From positions 1,549 through 65,548 of the forward strand of contig DASSWN010000005.1 in NCBI GenBank assembly GCA_035704905.1: 64,000 nt of DNA. Reading direction: 5' to 3'. The notes under the pieces are model-generated. The model did not search any database. It saw nothing but the letters and a program-made list of their open reading frames with translations, and had not been told where the DNA came from. This DNA comes from Flavobacteriaceae bacterium (GTDB lineage Bacteria > Bacteroidota > Bacteroidia > Flavobacteriales > Flavobacteriaceae). A program made the translations under genes and the position numbers. Shown here one piece after another: positions 45,512-56,200 of this stretch (the stretch's first letter is position 1; each line of letters starts with the position of its first letter).

Positions 45512-45713
45512 GATTTTTTTATAAGGAAACAAAAGAAACAATATTTTTCCAAACCAACAACTTTTTTAAGTAAACATATCAAATTTAATGTTTTGCTGAA
45601 TTTTCCAATAGAGACAAGGAAGTTTTCAGCCGAAAAATAAAAAGTTAATAAATTTATGGGTTTTTAAAATACTTGGTATATTGCCACATTCAAAAAACAA
45701 AACAAAAGCAATT

Positions 45714-46760
45714 ATGAAAACACCCAAATTAGTATCTTTTTTAATGATTTTTTGCACTTTCGCATTCATGGCGTGTAGCAGCGATGATTCCGGAGATGGG
45801 GAAGAAATAACTTCCATTAGTGTTTCAAGCAGTTCAACGCTCATTCTTGGAGGAACCGCGACTTTTACCGTTACCACGAATACCGGCGATGACGTAACCT
45901 CCAGTTCTGAAATATTCGTGGATGGAACGGCTTTGACCGACAATACATTTACACCAACCGCAGAGGGAATGTATGAAATTACGGCCCAATATGCCGATTT
46001 GACCAGTGCGGTTTTTGAGTTAACCGTTGTCGCAGACGGCCAACTTTTTCCAAAACGTGTGCTGATTGAAGATTTCACCGGAACTTGGTGCGGAAACTGT
46101 CCGAAAGTGGCGAACGCCATTGATATGGTACAAGCACAATCGGATAATGTGGTTGTTGTGGCCGTTCACCAAGCAGACGGAAGTCAACCTGATCCGTATG
46201 ATTTTCCGGAAGACATTCTCGATCCTCCAGGCGTGACACAAGGGCTTCCCCAAGCGCGTTTGAACCGAAATGTTGTTTGGCCTTTCGTAAATGCTCCCGA
46301 TCTTGACCTAGCTCTAAATTTGACTGGCGATGATGCGACGGTGGGATTGGCAATTGATTCGGAAGTTACAAGTGGAAATTTGAATGTTTCGGTCGATGTG
46401 AAGTTTGGTCTTGACCACAGTGGTGAAAATTTGAAATTGGTGGTGTACGTTCTTGAAAACGGATTGATTCACAACCAGGTCAATTATACCACTTACTATG
46501 GTGGAAACGATCCGATTGTAGATTTTGAGCACAACCACGTGCTTCGTGCGAGTTTGACGGATTTGCACGGCAACAGTATTCCCGATGCACAAACCGCAAG
46601 CGGAAACGTTTATAATAAGACTTTTAACGTAGCTGTGCCAAGTTCTGTTGAAAATGCAGCAAATATCAGCATTGCGGCCTTTGTGGTTGGTGCCGATGGA
46701 ACCGCGGTGAATTCACGTGATGCCCAAGTTGGTATGGATCAGGAGTTTCAAGAATTATAA
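45714..46760 (+). CDS. Omp28-related lipoprotein with a thioredoxin-like CxxC motif
   Basis: A lipobox (FAFMACS) is followed by an Ig-like N-terminal segment. Next comes LIEDFTGTWCGNCP, which is typical of Omp28-related proteins. Confidence 0.65.
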   Translation: MKTPKLVSFLMIFCTFAFMACSSDDSGDGEEITSISVSSSSTLILGGTATFTVTTNTGDDVTSSSEIFVDGTALTDNTFTPTAEGMYEITAQYADLTSAVFELTVVADGQLFPKRVLIEDFTGTWCGNCPKVANAIDMVQAQSDNVVVVAVHQADGSQPDPYDFPEDILDPPGVTQGLPQARLNRNVVWPFVNAPDLDLALNLTGDDATVGLAIDSEVTSGNLNVSVDVKFGLDHSGENLKLVVYVLENGLIHNQVNYTTYYGGNDPIVDFEHNHVLRASLTDLHGNSIPDAQTASGNVYNKTFNVAVPSSVENAANISIAAFVVGADGTAVNSRDAQVGMDQEFQEL

Positions 46761-46780
46761 AAAAAACAAACAGAAATTTG

Positions 46781-46814
46781 AAAAACGCTCCCTTTGTGGA
46801 GCGTTTTTTTTTTT
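46781..46814. terminator. Bidirectional Rho-independent terminator between convergent genes
   Basis: aaaaacgctcc / ggagcgttttt form a stem with a 6-nt loop. It is flanked by an A-run upstream and a T10 run downstream. Confidence 0.85.
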
Positions 46815-46850
46815 GAGGATTCGTTTTCTAAATTATTGTCGATAGTTGAA

Positions 46851-47336
46851 TTATTCCAACTGCAATTCCATTAAATATCCCAGTTCCAAACCGAGGCTAT
46901 CCACGATACCGGCGTTCACTTCCAACACATATTTTGCCGGAACCTCGGAAGGCAACGGTGTTTCATTGAAAGGTTCGGTGTTTTCGTTAAAATCGACAAT
47001 TTTTCCTTCGTCATCAATATAGATCAAATCTAATGGAATGTAGGTGTTTTTCATATAAAAGCCATAACGTGGGCGTTCATCCGGATAAACGAAGAGCATT
47101 CCTTGGTTGGGTTCCATCGATTTTCGGTACATCAGACCCGTTTGTTGCTCGTAGGACGATTTCGCGATTTCAACCTCAAAAACCGAAATGATTTCCCCTT
47201 CGGTATTTTTAAAAGTTAATTCCCCTTCCTTCGTGAATGTGGGTTCCGCTGTTTGAATCGCTGATTCCGGATCGTCTTTGCATCCGGAAAATATTCCGAA
47301 GCTGATCAAAAAAATTAGGAAATAGTGCTTTTTCAT
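46851..47336 (-). CDS. DUF192-domain protein
   Basis: It has a lipoprotein-type signal (FGIFSGC) and contains MLFVYPDE...MKNTYIPLDLIYID and YVLEVNAG. I chose the ATG at 47336. Confidence 0.75.
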   Translation of the reverse strand: MKKHYFLIFLISFGIFSGCKDDPESAIQTAEPTFTKEGELTFKNTEGEIISVFEVEIAKSSYEQQTGLMYRKSMEPNQGMLFVYPDERPRYGFYMKNTYIPLDLIYIDDEGKIVDFNENTEPFNETPLPSEVPAKYVLEVNAGIVDSLGLELGYLMELQLE

Positions 47337-47400
47337 TTTGAATAGAAATTGTTTTAAAAAGTTTGAGCTTGCATGCATTATGCCAGAAACTTGAAAATGC

Positions 47401-48216
47401 TTACTCAACTTTCTTTGCACGTACGAGCAAATAAATTCCGATTATAATAAACGGAATGCTCAACCATTGCCCGGTATTAATCGCCCAATCGCTGCGATCT
47501 TCGACTTGGGCTTTTTTAATGAATTCAATTAGAAACCGCACGGTCCACAAAAGAATAAGGAATAAACCGAAAATATAGCCGAGAAGCTGCCGTTTGTCGG
47601 TTTTCCAATAAAGAATCCAGATGATAATGAAAGTCAACAAATACCCGAAAGCTTCGTATAATTGTGCCGGATGCCGCGGAAAATTTTCGCCCAATTGAAC
47701 AAAAATAACCCCAAAATCGCTCTGTGTCGGTTTCCCCACGATTTCTGAGTTGAAGAAATTGCCAATCCGGACAAACATTCCACCAATAGCTACCGGCATG
47801 GTAATACGGTCCAAAATCCACAAAATATTTTTTTTCAAAACCCTTTTACTATAAAGGTACATAGCCACTACAATACCGATTGCCGCGCCGTGACTTGCCA
47901 AACCTCGAAACCCGGTGAATTTGAATTCCGGTACAAATTGCATGGGCAAAATAATGGAAAGGGGATCTTCGGTGAAAAGTTCGGGTTGGTAGAAAATCAC
48001 GTGGCCCAATCGCGCGCCCACGAGCGTGGCGATTACCGTATACATGAACAACGGATCGAGTTTTTCCTCTGGGATTCCTTCATATTTGTACACCTTTTTC
48101 ATAATGAAATAGCCCAATGTAAAAGCAATCAAAAACATGAGGCTATAATAGCGAACGGTGAAAAATCCGAGATCGATTCCCATCGAAGGGTCCCAAACAA
48201 TAGCATTGAAGAGCAT
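47401..48216 (-). CDS. lgt: Prolipoprotein diacylglyceryl transferase
   Basis: It contains FTVRYYSLMFLIAF, GARLGHVIFY, GLASHGAAIG and HPAQLYEA, which are Lgt motifs. Confidence 0.9.
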   Translation of the reverse strand: MLFNAIVWDPSMGIDLGFFTVRYYSLMFLIAFTLGYFIMKKVYKYEGIPEEKLDPLFMYTVIATLVGARLGHVIFYQPELFTEDPLSIILPMQFVPEFKFTGFRGLASHGAAIGIVVAMYLYSKRVLKKNILWILDRITMPVAIGGMFVRIGNFFNSEIVGKPTQSDFGVIFVQLGENFPRHPAQLYEAFGYLLTFIIIWILYWKTDKRQLLGYIFGLFLILLWTVRFLIEFIKKAQVEDRSDWAINTGQWLSIPFIIIGIYLLVRAKKVE

Positions 48217-48409
48217 AGGAATGTTTTGAGCTTAAAAAATGTAAATATAAAGAATGCTGCTTAGTTTCGGTTCCATAATCTTTCAAAATTTATTCTGAAG
48301 TGCAGCACGCAATTTTGACAGTGTTTTGCTGTTCAAAATTTTCTTTTCGGATGTTTCAATATTAACATAATTATCACAGCATTCCCACGTTATTAAAATG
48401 AGATTCATT

Positions 48410-48417
48410 TATCTTTG
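48410..48417 (+). promoter_or_regulatory. -7 promoter box (TAtcTTTG) for the TPR gene
   Basis: TAtcTTTG ends 27 nt upstream of the ATG at 48444. Confidence 0.4.
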
Positions 48418-48443
48418 GTCCCAACAAATTCAAAAATAGTTCG

Positions 48444-51400
48444 ATGCCGCGCCCCTCCCTTCTCCAAACTTTATTTTTGCTTTTTTCCACCGTCATTTTC
48501 GCACAACAAACCGAAATGCAAACCTATGATTTGAAGGATTTCGATCGGGCTGTGGATTTATACAACCATCAGGAATACCGTGCCGCGCAACTGCTTTTCA
48601 AAGAAGTGAAAAACAATACGGAAAAATCTGAAGTGGAAGCCAATGCGGCCTATTATCAAGCAATTTGTGCCGTTCGTTTGGGACAGCCGGGCGCGGGTGA
48701 ATTAATGGAGGATTTTGTCAAAAAATATCCCACGAGCACCAAACGGAATTCCGCGTATTCCGATGCCGCCAATTTTTATTTTCAACAGGGAAATTATCGC
48801 GATGCACAAACATGGTTCGCCAAAGTCGATGAATTCATGCTTCCGCCCGCCGAGCGCGAAGAATACTATTTCAATTACGGCTATGTATTTTTCAAAAACA
48901 ATGATTTTCCGAAAGCGGCCACGTATTTCAACAAAGTGAAAGATTCTGAAAAATATGGTTCCGAAGCGAAATATTACCTCGGATTTATGGCTTATTCAAA
49001 AGATGATTATGAAGAAGCGACCGAAATTTTCGAGGAAGTGGAAGCCAAAGGGGAAGAAGGGAAAAACCTATCCTATTTTCAAAGCGACATGAATTTCAAG
49101 CAAGGAAATTTTGAAAAAGCAGTTGCCTTGGCCAAAGAACAACTCCCGAAATCCAATATTCGCGAACGTTCACAACTCAACAAAATAATTGGCGAAAGTT
49201 ATTTCAATCTCGAAAATTACGCCGAAGCAATTCCATATTTGAAGGAATATAAAGGCGAACGAGGAAAATGGAGCAACACGGATTATTATCAGTTGGGTTA
49301 TTCCTATTTCAAATTGGGCGATTATGAAAATGCTGTTTCAGAATTCAACAAAATTATAAGCGGTCAAAACTCGGTTGCGCAAAATGCCTATTATCACTTG
49401 GCGCAAAGTTATTTGGAAATGGGTCAAAAACAGCAAGCTTTGAATGCTTTCAAAAATGCTTCCGAAATGGATTTTGACGCGCGCATCAAGGAGGGGGCGG
49501 CCTTGAACTATGCAAAACTGAGTTATGAAATTGGGAACAGTTATGAAAGTGTGCCAAAAGTCCTTTCCGATTTTTTGAAGGAATTCCCTTATTCGCCGGC
49601 CAAGGAAGAAATTCATTCCTTGCTGATCGATTCTTATATTTCTTCTAAAAATTATGAAGCCGCGATGGATTTATTGGAAGAAAGTTACCTCCCGGAAGAC
49701 CGAAAAGCCTTTCAAAAAGTAGCTTTTTTATACGGAATTGAATTCTACAACCAAGAAAATTATCAAAAAGCCCTCGAAAATTTCGACAAATCCCTGACTG
49801 CCAAAGTCGATCCGGATTATACTGCTTTGGCAACTTTTTGGAAAGCGGAAAGCAATTATAACCTAACCAATTTTCAGGCTGCGTTAAACGGGTATAAAGC
49901 ATTCAAAGCTTTGCCGGCGGCCAAAGGACTCGACGAAATTAAAAATATTGGGTATAATCTTGGTTATGCGCAGTTCAAATTGAAGAATTATACGGAATCG
50001 ATTGCGGCTTTTTCGAATTATATTTCAAAAGCCGACATTCCGACAGCAATGAAAAACGATGCGTATTTGCGTTTGGGGGACAGCTATTTTGTTACCAGCG
50101 ATTATTGGAAAGCGATGGAAGCGTATAATCAAGCAATCGCAATGGATGAATTCAAAAACGATTATGCCTATTTTCAAAAAGCCCTAAGCTATGGTTTTGT
50201 GGGGAAAAACGACAGTAAAATTGACGCATTGAATTCTTTTCTGAGCAAATTTTCGAATTCCATTTACCGCGACGATGCATATTATGAATTGGGAAATACG
50301 CTCGTGGCCGAAAATAATAGTGATGCGGGGTTGCAGGCATATCAAAATTTGGTGCAAACGGTTCCCGGAAGTTCATTTGTTTCCAAATCTTTGTTGAAGC
50401 AGGGCTTGGTTTATTACAACAACGACCATCCTGAAAAAGCCTTGGAAAAGTTCAAACAAGTCGTTGCCGATTATCCCAATACCGAAGAAGCGCTTCAGGC
50501 CGTTCAAACCGCACGTATTGTGTATATTGATTTGGGAAGAACGGACGAATATGCCACTTGGGTTTCCAATCTTGATTTTGTGAATATCACCGATGTGGAT
50601 ATTGACAATACTAGTTTTGAAGCTGCCGAAAAACAGTTTGTTGAGAACAATGACGCAGCGGCAATACGCGGTTTTCAAAAATATCTAAAAGAATTTCCAA
50701 ATGGCCTGCATGCCACCGAAAGCCATTTCTATTTGGGACAGCTATTGTTTCAAACTGAAAAACATGAGGAAAGCCTCCCGCATTTTAAGTATGTGGCTTC
50801 CCAGCCGCGAAACGCCTTTTCGGAAAGGGCTTTGGCGCGTCTTTCGCAAATTTACCTGGAAAATCGCAATTATTCCGAAGCAATTCCCGTTCTGCAACAA
50901 TTGGAGACAATTGCTGAATTTCCGCAGAATATCATCTTTGCCCAATCAAATTTGATGAAGTCCTATTACAATCAAGGAGATTACCAACAAACCGTTTCCT
51001 ATGCCGAAAAAGTGCTTGCGAACCCCAAAATTGAAATCGGGGTGAAAAATGATGCGCAATTGTATATCGCTCGTTCGGCCATTAAAACCGGTAATGAAAC
51101 CCGTGCGAAAAAGGCCTACGCCGAGGTTCTAAAAACCGCAAATGGCGCTTTAGGGGCGGAAGCCTTGTATTATGATGCCTATTTTAAAAGGAAAGAAAAG
51201 AAATACGAAGCCTCAAACGCGGCGGTGCAGCAGTTGGCAAAAGATTTTTCGGGTTATAAATTATACGGGGCGAAGGGACTGGTTTTAATGGCGCTGAATT
51301 TTTATGATCTCGGCGATGCATACCAAGCGACTTATATTTTGGAAACGATCATTAAAAATTTCAGGGATTATCCTGAAGTGGTGCAAAAAGCGCAAGCCGA

Positions 51401-51464
51401 ACTGGCGCGCATCAAAGAAATTGAATCACAAACGAATTCGTCGGTGGAAACCAACAAAAATTAA
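48444..51464 (+). CDS. Large secreted tetratricopeptide-repeat protein
   Basis: The 1006-aa ORF has a signal peptide (FSTVIFAQQ). TPR-like A/Y/F-rich 34-aa units run throughout (..YYQLGYSYFKLGDYENAV.., ..AYYHLAQSYLEMGQKQQAL..). Confidence 0.8.
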   Translation: MPRPSLLQTLFLLFSTVIFAQQTEMQTYDLKDFDRAVDLYNHQEYRAAQLLFKEVKNNTEKSEVEANAAYYQAICAVRLGQPGAGELMEDFVKKYPTSTKRNSAYSDAANFYFQQGNYRDAQTWFAKVDEFMLPPAEREEYYFNYGYVFFKNNDFPKAATYFNKVKDSEKYGSEAKYYLGFMAYSKDDYEEATEIFEEVEAKGEEGKNLSYFQSDMNFKQGNFEKAVALAKEQLPKSNIRERSQLNKIIGESYFNLENYAEAIPYLKEYKGERGKWSNTDYYQLGYSYFKLGDYENAVSEFNKIISGQNSVAQNAYYHLAQSYLEMGQKQQALNAFKNASEMDFDARIKEGAALNYAKLSYEIGNSYESVPKVLSDFLKEFPYSPAKEEIHSLLIDSYISSKNYEAAMDLLEESYLPEDRKAFQKVAFLYGIEFYNQENYQKALENFDKSLTAKVDPDYTALATFWKAESNYNLTNFQAALNGYKAFKALPAAKGLDEIKNIGYNLGYAQFKLKNYTESIAAFSNYISKADIPTAMKNDAYLRLGDSYFVTSDYWKAMEAYNQAIAMDEFKNDYAYFQKALSYGFVGKNDSKIDALNSFLSKFSNSIYRDDAYYELGNTLVAENNSDAGLQAYQNLVQTVPGSSFVSKSLLKQGLVYYNNDHPEKALEKFKQVVADYPNTEEALQAVQTARIVYIDLGRTDEYATWVSNLDFVNITDVDIDNTSFEAAEKQFVENNDAAAIRGFQKYLKEFPNGLHATESHFYLGQLLFQTEKHEESLPHFKYVASQPRNAFSERALARLSQIYLENRNYSEAIPVLQQLETIAEFPQNIIFAQSNLMKSYYNQGDYQQTVSYAEKVLANPKIEIGVKNDAQLYIARSAIKTGNETRAKKAYAEVLKTANGALGAEALYYDAYFKRKEKKYEASNAAVQQLAKDFSGYKLYGAKGLVLMALNFYDLGDAYQATYILETIIKNFRDYPEVVQKAQAELARIKEIESQTNSSVETNKN

Positions 51465-51508
51465 TTAACCCATTCCGAAACCGGATAAAAAAATCAAAAG
51501 CTTTTTAT

Positions 51509-53221
51509 ATGAGTTTTTCACTTAAAAATGGAATTGCAGCATTGTTTGTTCTAAGCTCGGGTTTACTTTATGCACAAGACAATCCTTTGCCGACCGAACA
51601 TTTGATAATCATAAAACCCTATTCCCCGACTTTGAGCGATGCTTCAAAGATGAAACAAGTTCCCACGATTGGCGATTCATTGACGAGCGCGAAAATCGAA
51701 CCGGAATATTCCGTGGTAAGCGTGCCGGTGGCTTCCACATTTGTGCCGGAAAAAGGAAAAGCAGCCTCGGTAAAAACCAGCCCTGGAGAATATTTGTACG
51801 ATAATTATGCTGTGCTCGGGTTTGGGAATTATACCCGAATTCTTGGGGAGTTATATAGCAATTTTCAATTCAACGATTATCAAAACCTCTCGCTTTTTCT
51901 CATCCATAATTCAACTCAAGGCGGAATCGATGGGATATTGTTGGATGATAAATATTACGACACGAAATTAGGTGTGAATTTTTCGTCCAATGACCGCTAT
52001 TATTCTTGGGGATTGAAACTGGATGCGCAACATCAACTGGTGAATTGGTACGGCGCAGAAGGTGTTTTGACTTCTGCAGACGCAAATTTGATCGATCCGC
52101 AGCAAAATTATTATGGGATTTCCCTCGGTGGAAATATTGAATATTATGAAGGACTTTTCGATGCGGCCGAATTGACTTACCGCTATTTTGGCGATGCTTA
52201 TGGCAGCATGGAAAACCATCTTCGAATCGCACCAAAATTGGGAGTTCCCGTGGGTGATCAAACTATTTCATTGAATTTGTTCGCCGATTATGTTGGGGGC
52301 AGTTTTGAACAAAGTTTTGGCTCGGAAGCAGGAATAAAATATGGAAATCTCAACCTCGGCGCTCATCCGTCTTTATTGGTGAACGGAGATAATTTTAGTG
52401 TTGATTTGGGTGCGGAAGTGGTTTATGCAATGGATATGGAGAATGAAGAAAATGAATTTTTCATTTATCCCAAAATGGAAGCCAGTTACCGAATCGCAGA
52501 TGGTTACTTTGTCCCGTATGCCGGTGTCGATGGCGGATTGGAACAAAACACCTATTACCATTTCGCACAGGAAAACCCGTTTGTTTCCCCTACTTTGTTT
52601 ATTGCCCCCACCAGCCATATTTACAGTGCATATTTGGGCGCAAAAGGAAAGTTTACCGAAACAGTGGGTTATAATTTTAAAGCTTCCTACGGAAAAGATG
52701 AAAACAAAGCATTTTTCATGAGCAATCAGTTTGTTTTTAGTGCAACTGAAAATTATCAGCACGGAAATTCTTTCGGGGTTGTTTACGACGATATGAATAT
52801 TTTGGGAATGCACGGTGAATTGAATGCGACCATGAACGATAAACTTCAGTTGCGGTTGAATGCTTCTTATTTTAATTATGAAACCGAAACACTACCCGAA
52901 GCATGGAATTTGCCGGAATTCAAAGCTTCATTGAACGGGAACTATCAAATTACCGAAAAATGGTCTGCAGGGGCTAATTTCTTTTTTGTGGGTGAAAGAA
53001 AAGAGTTGGAAGTTATGCGAGATGGTATTGTTGCGCCATCGATTTTGACTTTAGATAGTTATTTCGATATGAATCTGCATGTCGGTTATCAATTCAACGA
53101 TCAATTATCAGCTTTTGTGAAAGGCAATAATTTGCTCGGTGAAAATTATGAACGATGGAACAATTTCCCGGTGCTGGGAACCCAAGTGATGGGTGGTGTA
53201 ACCTATAAATTCGACTGGTAA
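51509..53221 (+). CDS. Outer-membrane beta-barrel protein (TonB-dependent-receptor-like barrel, no recognisable plug)
   Basis: It has a signal peptide (LSSGLLYAQ) and alternating strands, and ends in the OMP terminus ...GGVTYKFDW. It lies 44 nt downstream of the TPR gene. Confidence 0.6.
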   Translation: MSFSLKNGIAALFVLSSGLLYAQDNPLPTEHLIIIKPYSPTLSDASKMKQVPTIGDSLTSAKIEPEYSVVSVPVASTFVPEKGKAASVKTSPGEYLYDNYAVLGFGNYTRILGELYSNFQFNDYQNLSLFLIHNSTQGGIDGILLDDKYYDTKLGVNFSSNDRYYSWGLKLDAQHQLVNWYGAEGVLTSADANLIDPQQNYYGISLGGNIEYYEGLFDAAELTYRYFGDAYGSMENHLRIAPKLGVPVGDQTISLNLFADYVGGSFEQSFGSEAGIKYGNLNLGAHPSLLVNGDNFSVDLGAEVVYAMDMENEENEFFIYPKMEASYRIADGYFVPYAGVDGGLEQNTYYHFAQENPFVSPTLFIAPTSHIYSAYLGAKGKFTETVGYNFKASYGKDENKAFFMSNQFVFSATENYQHGNSFGVVYDDMNILGMHGELNATMNDKLQLRLNASYFNYETETLPEAWNLPEFKASLNGNYQITEKWSAGANFFFVGERKELEVMRDGIVAPSILTLDSYFDMNLHVGYQFNDQLSAFVKGNNLLGENYERWNNFPVLGTQVMGGVTYKFDW

Positions 53222-53265
53222 AAAATCACCAGGGAAACGGAGTCTTCCGTTCATAAACTTGCATA

Positions 53266-56200
53266 TCAATAACGTGTCAAAGTAAAATGTGATTTAAAGA
53301 TGTGGGTTTTTCCATCTTGTATAAATTCCACTTTAAACCAATAATCGTCAGATGGCATAGGCCTTCCGTTGTAAAGTCCATTCCAGCCTTCCTGTTGGGG
53401 GGTCAAAACGCTTAGTAATTTCCCATAACGGTCGAAAATATGAATTTTTGCTTCCGGATGTTTTTGTAAATCCCGAATGTTCCAAGTTTCGTTGTGGCCA
53501 TCGCCGTTGGGCGTGAAAAATTTCGGATGCTTGATGACTTCAACCTCCAAAATGGTTTCGCCACAATTTCCGAAAAGCCCGCGAATTGTTATGGTATGAA
53601 AACCTGATTCCACATCATAAAATTCATTGTCATGATGAAAATTGCCGTTGTCCAATTGATATTCATAAATCCCGATTCCATCTTCAATTTTGACCGTAAT
53701 TACGGCAATTTCCAAAAAAGGCTGTGAAACTTCGGCAGAAGCAATAGCCGTAGCCGATTCTAAGACTTCCACCGTGGTGGGTGCATAATTGCAATCTGCG
53801 CCAGTTTCAGGATTCAATTTAATAGTTTCAACCGTATAAATGCCCGGTTCAAAAGCTTCGAATTCCGGCCCCGAAAATACGAGAGAATCCTGAAAATACC
53901 AGTTTACGGTAAATTCCGAAGGATCCAATCCGGAATTCAAATAAGCCGGGGTTTCGACTTCACCGGTTTGCAAGTTTCTGCAGAGATAACCGCCTTCAAC
54001 TTCCAAATTTAAAAGCGAATAGATTCGCAGCGTAAACTTCGTTTGTGAATCGCAGTTTATATTGTCAAACGCGCTTGCATAGACATAAATGGAATAGGTT
54101 CCGGGTTGGGTAATGATGTGATTTTCGATTTCGTTTTGACCATTCGGTTCCCAGTAATAGGCCACATTGTAAAATTCTTGTGATAATTCCGGTAGTGTAT
54201 AGCTTCCGCAGCTTTCCACATCGGGAAAGAACGGAAGGTTCGGGGTTTCGGAAATATTCACGAAGAAACTGTCTTCGCTCGTGCAAATAAATCGTTCCCC
54301 ATTTTCGGCATAAACGAAAATTTCGGTATCGGAAGTTATGACATCGCCCGCCTCGAGCATTTCGCCTTGTCCGTCAGATTGCGTATAATAATTCCCGAAA
54401 AATAATTGGGGCACAATATATTCGTCACAAATTGTAACGTCTTCAAAAGTTCCAACATCGATTCCATCAAAATAGATAGTGAATTCATCTTGGTTGAAAC
54501 ATGCAGGAAAATCGGGGTAAGCGCTATAAATGTAAAGCGTTTGATTTTCGGTAATAACTGTTCCTGCGGAAAGCGGCGTCCCATTTCCACCCGGTTCCGA
54601 ATAATAAGAGCCGTTTTCGAGAATTGGCAGCATATAGTCGGAGCAAGTGTGAATATCGGTGAAATGATCTACCTCGGGCAATGGCCTTATTTCAACAAAA
54701 AAACTGGTTTGATCGAAACAGTTTTCGAATGTATTGTAAATATAAACGGTTTGTGAATTTTCAATAAAATCGCCGGGGAACAATTGATTTCCAGTTGCTT
54801 CCGACCCCGTAAAATAAGATCCGTTCACCAATGGTGGCAATTCATAGAAATCGCCTTCACATAACAGCACATCTTCCAACTGATCAACCTCAATATGGGT
54901 TATATCAATATGAAAAGAAAGATTTTCCGCGCAATTTGGTTGTGTGGTCGTTTCGACATAGAAATAAATTGTTTGGCTGGAGTCGATGATCGTTCCCTCC
55001 GGGATTTGTTGTCCCTGGCCCAAAGCTTCCGTAAAATAACCCCCCACTTCCAAAGCTGGCAATGTGTAGGTTCCGCAGGCGTCAATGTCCGAAAATTCGG
55101 GAATGATACTGACGTGAAAAACCGATTGGTTGGAGCAAACAGAATCATCTTCAAAAATATAAATATCCTGCGAAGAGGTAATCACATCGTTGGCGTTCAA
55201 TTGCAGCCCATTTCCATTTTCTTGGCTAAAATAATTGCCAGTGGTTAGAGCCGGAAGAATATATTGGCCACACGTGATTACATCGCCCAAATCATCTACT
55301 GCCGGCAGATTGGAAATTACAACATCGAAAGCTTCATCACGGCAAATTTCACCATCTAATTCGGCATAATAATAAATGGTTTGGCTGCTGTTCAAGACAG
55401 TTCCGGGTGGAAGTAAAACGCCACCGCCCAATGGTCCGCCGGAACTGGTATAAAACGATCCGAGTGGTGGGAGTGGGATAAGAAATTCGCCACAAAAAGG
55501 CCCGCCAATTTCGTAATCTGAAGCCAAAAAAACATTAAAATTGGATTGGTTGATGCAACCAAATTCATTGGGGCCGTTGAAAATATAATACGTGCCGGAT
55601 TCTTCGATAATATCCCCGGCAAATAGTGGAATTCCCGTACCGTTCGAACCGGTATAATAATTTCCGTTTTCAATTGGCGGCAATTCGAAAGACGAACATT
55701 CCACAACGTTCGGAATGCTGTCAACTATTGGTTCGGGCCGAACAATGACTTCAAAACTAACGATATCATAGCAATTTGGGTTTAGGGAGTCTTGCATGCG
55801 TACCCAAATCGTGACCGGGTCAAAATTGTCGGGCAACATAAAAGAAATAGGAATGGCACTGATACCGAGTTCTGCATCATTTTCCGAAAGAAAAAAATAG
55901 AAATTGAAATTATCCTGATTCAAACCGTTCAATATTTGGGGAATGGTTTCTTCCAAATTCACCGAAGCAGCCATGGATTCGCAAATTTCCATATCGTCAG
56001 GCGTGGTCGCCTCAGGCATAATACTTACGACCAAATCAACCGTATAAAAACTGTTGCAGGTGTTTCCGGTTTGTTGGTTGTGTAGTTTAATGAAAATACT
56101 TTCCCCGCCAGGACTTTCATATTGGGTCAAATCGCCATTGGGAATAGGGTTTTCAGCGTCTATATCCGCCAAAGAAGCGTAATAAATTAAATCATAAATT

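Noticed and set aside
45626-46120. A 164-aa minus-strand ORF overlapping the start of the Omp28-related gene
   Set aside because: It is antisense to a well-supported lipoprotein gene. Its Ser/Val-rich translation mirrors the Thr/Ser-rich sense frame, and there is no start context.
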